DNA from: an uncultured Trueperaceae bacterium
GTDB taxonomy: Bacteria > Deinococcota > Deinococci > Deinococcales > Trueperaceae
Direction: 5' to 3'
DNA: 64,000 bases
Assembly: GCA_963815215.1 (NCBI GenBank)
Contig: CAWFFU010000003.1
Coordinates: 288,001 to 352,000, forward strand
Shown here in pieces: positions 63,137 through 64,000 of the stretch. The notes under the pieces were generated by a model. The model searched no databases. It saw only the letters and a program-made list of their open reading frames with translations, and was not told where the DNA came from. Every line of letters begins with the position of its first letter. The first letter of the stretch is position 1. A program made the translations under genes and the position numbers.

Positions 63137-64000
63137 ATGTCGAGCGAGACGACCCCCGGCTTCGCCCACCTCCACCAACACACCGCCTACAGCCTCCTGG
63201 ACGGAGCTGCGCGCATCAAGGACCTGATGCGCTGGGTGCGCTCGGTCTCCCCCGACGATCCGGCGGTCGCCATGACCGACCACGGCAACATGCACGGCGC
63301 GGTGGAGTTCTACAAGGCGGCGCAGGCGGAGGGCGTCAAGCCCATCCTCGGCCTCGAGGCCTACGTCACCAGCGGCTCGCGCTTCGAGAAGCGGCGCATG
63401 TCCAGCACGCTCGACGGCGGCTACTTCCACCTGACCCTTCTCGCCAAGGACTACGCCGGCTACCAGAACCTCTGCAAGCTCTCGAGCCGCGCCTACCTCG
63501 AGGGCTTCTACATGAAGCCGCGCGTCGATCACGAGCTGCTGGCCGAGCACAGCGAGGGCATCATCGCGCTCTCGGGCTGCCTCGGTGCCCAGATCCCGCG
63601 GGCGGTGCTCGACATCGGCGTCGACGAGGGCGAGCGACTGCTGCAGGCCTACCTCGACATCTACGGCGACGACTTCTTCATCGAGCTGCAGAATCACGGC
63701 CTCGACGAGCAGGCCCGACTCAACCCCGTGTTGAAGGATTTCGCGGACCGCTACGGGCTCGGCATGGTGGCGACCAACGACGGCCACTACGTGCGCAAGG
63801 AGGATGCCCGCGCACACGAGGCGCTGCTGTCGATCCAGACCAAGACGGTGCTCTCCGACCCGAACCGGTTCCGCTTCCCGTGCGACGAGTTCTACGTCAA
63901 GACGCCCGACGAGATGGCGGTCGCGCTGCCCGACCGTGAGTATCCCGGCGCGCTGACCAACAGCCTCACCATCGCCGACATGTGCAACGTCGAGCTCCCC
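63137..64000 (+). CDS. dnaE: DNA polymerase III alpha subunit, N-terminal PHP domain (runs off the window)
   Basis: Manual translation MSSETTPGFAHLHQHTAYSLLDGAA...MTDHGNMHG...KPILGLEAY...FHLTLLAK...KPRVD...VATNDGHY. Confidence 0.97.
   Translation, partial: MSSETTPGFAHLHQHTAYSLLDGAARIKDLMRWVRSVSPDDPAVAMTDHGNMHGAVEFYKAAQAEGVKPILGLEAYVTSGSRFEKRRMSSTLDGGYFHLTLLAKDYAGYQNLCKLSSRAYLEGFYMKPRVDHELLAEHSEGIIALSGCLGAQIPRAVLDIGVDEGERLLQAYLDIYGDDFFIELQNHGLDEQARLNPVLKDFADRYGLGMVATNDGHYVRKEDARAHEALLSIQTKTVLSDPNRFRFPCDEFYVKTPDEMAVALPDREYPGALTNSLTIADMCNVELP

Overview
High-GC bacterial chromosome segment. Protein features and pervasive leaderless -10-to-start promoters suggest Deinococcota, possibly Truepera-like; this is an inference. 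From left to right: pnp (5' part), rpsO, an S9 peptidase, rlmB, ribF, a NUDIX gene, the dcw cluster mraZ to ftsZ (no murE or ddl; murD carries a frameshift) and RNase P RNA. Next come mscS, an NYN-domain gene, luxS, an OmpR-type two-component system, purM, a pseudohelicase-type priA, smpB, an amidase with a GerMN-type partner, asnS, aspS, hisS and yfbR. An accessory-looking block (~37.8-52.9 kb) holds mgtE, a P3A-type H+-ATPase, a lone Xer-like tyrosine recombinase, CHRD and DoxX proteins, a sugar porter, tkt, a HAD hydrolase, a PRC-barrel protein and gnd. The window ends with birA, smc, an M20 peptidase, dnaJ-hspR, two lipoproteins, yebC, nnrE, tRNA-Cys, tRNA-Val and the start of dnaE. The best candidate for an undescribed system is a symmetric 11-6-11 dif-like site (42582-42609) 71 bp upstream of the recombinase, which resembles a single-recombinase dimer-resolution module. 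No CRISPR array, IS element or prophage was seen.
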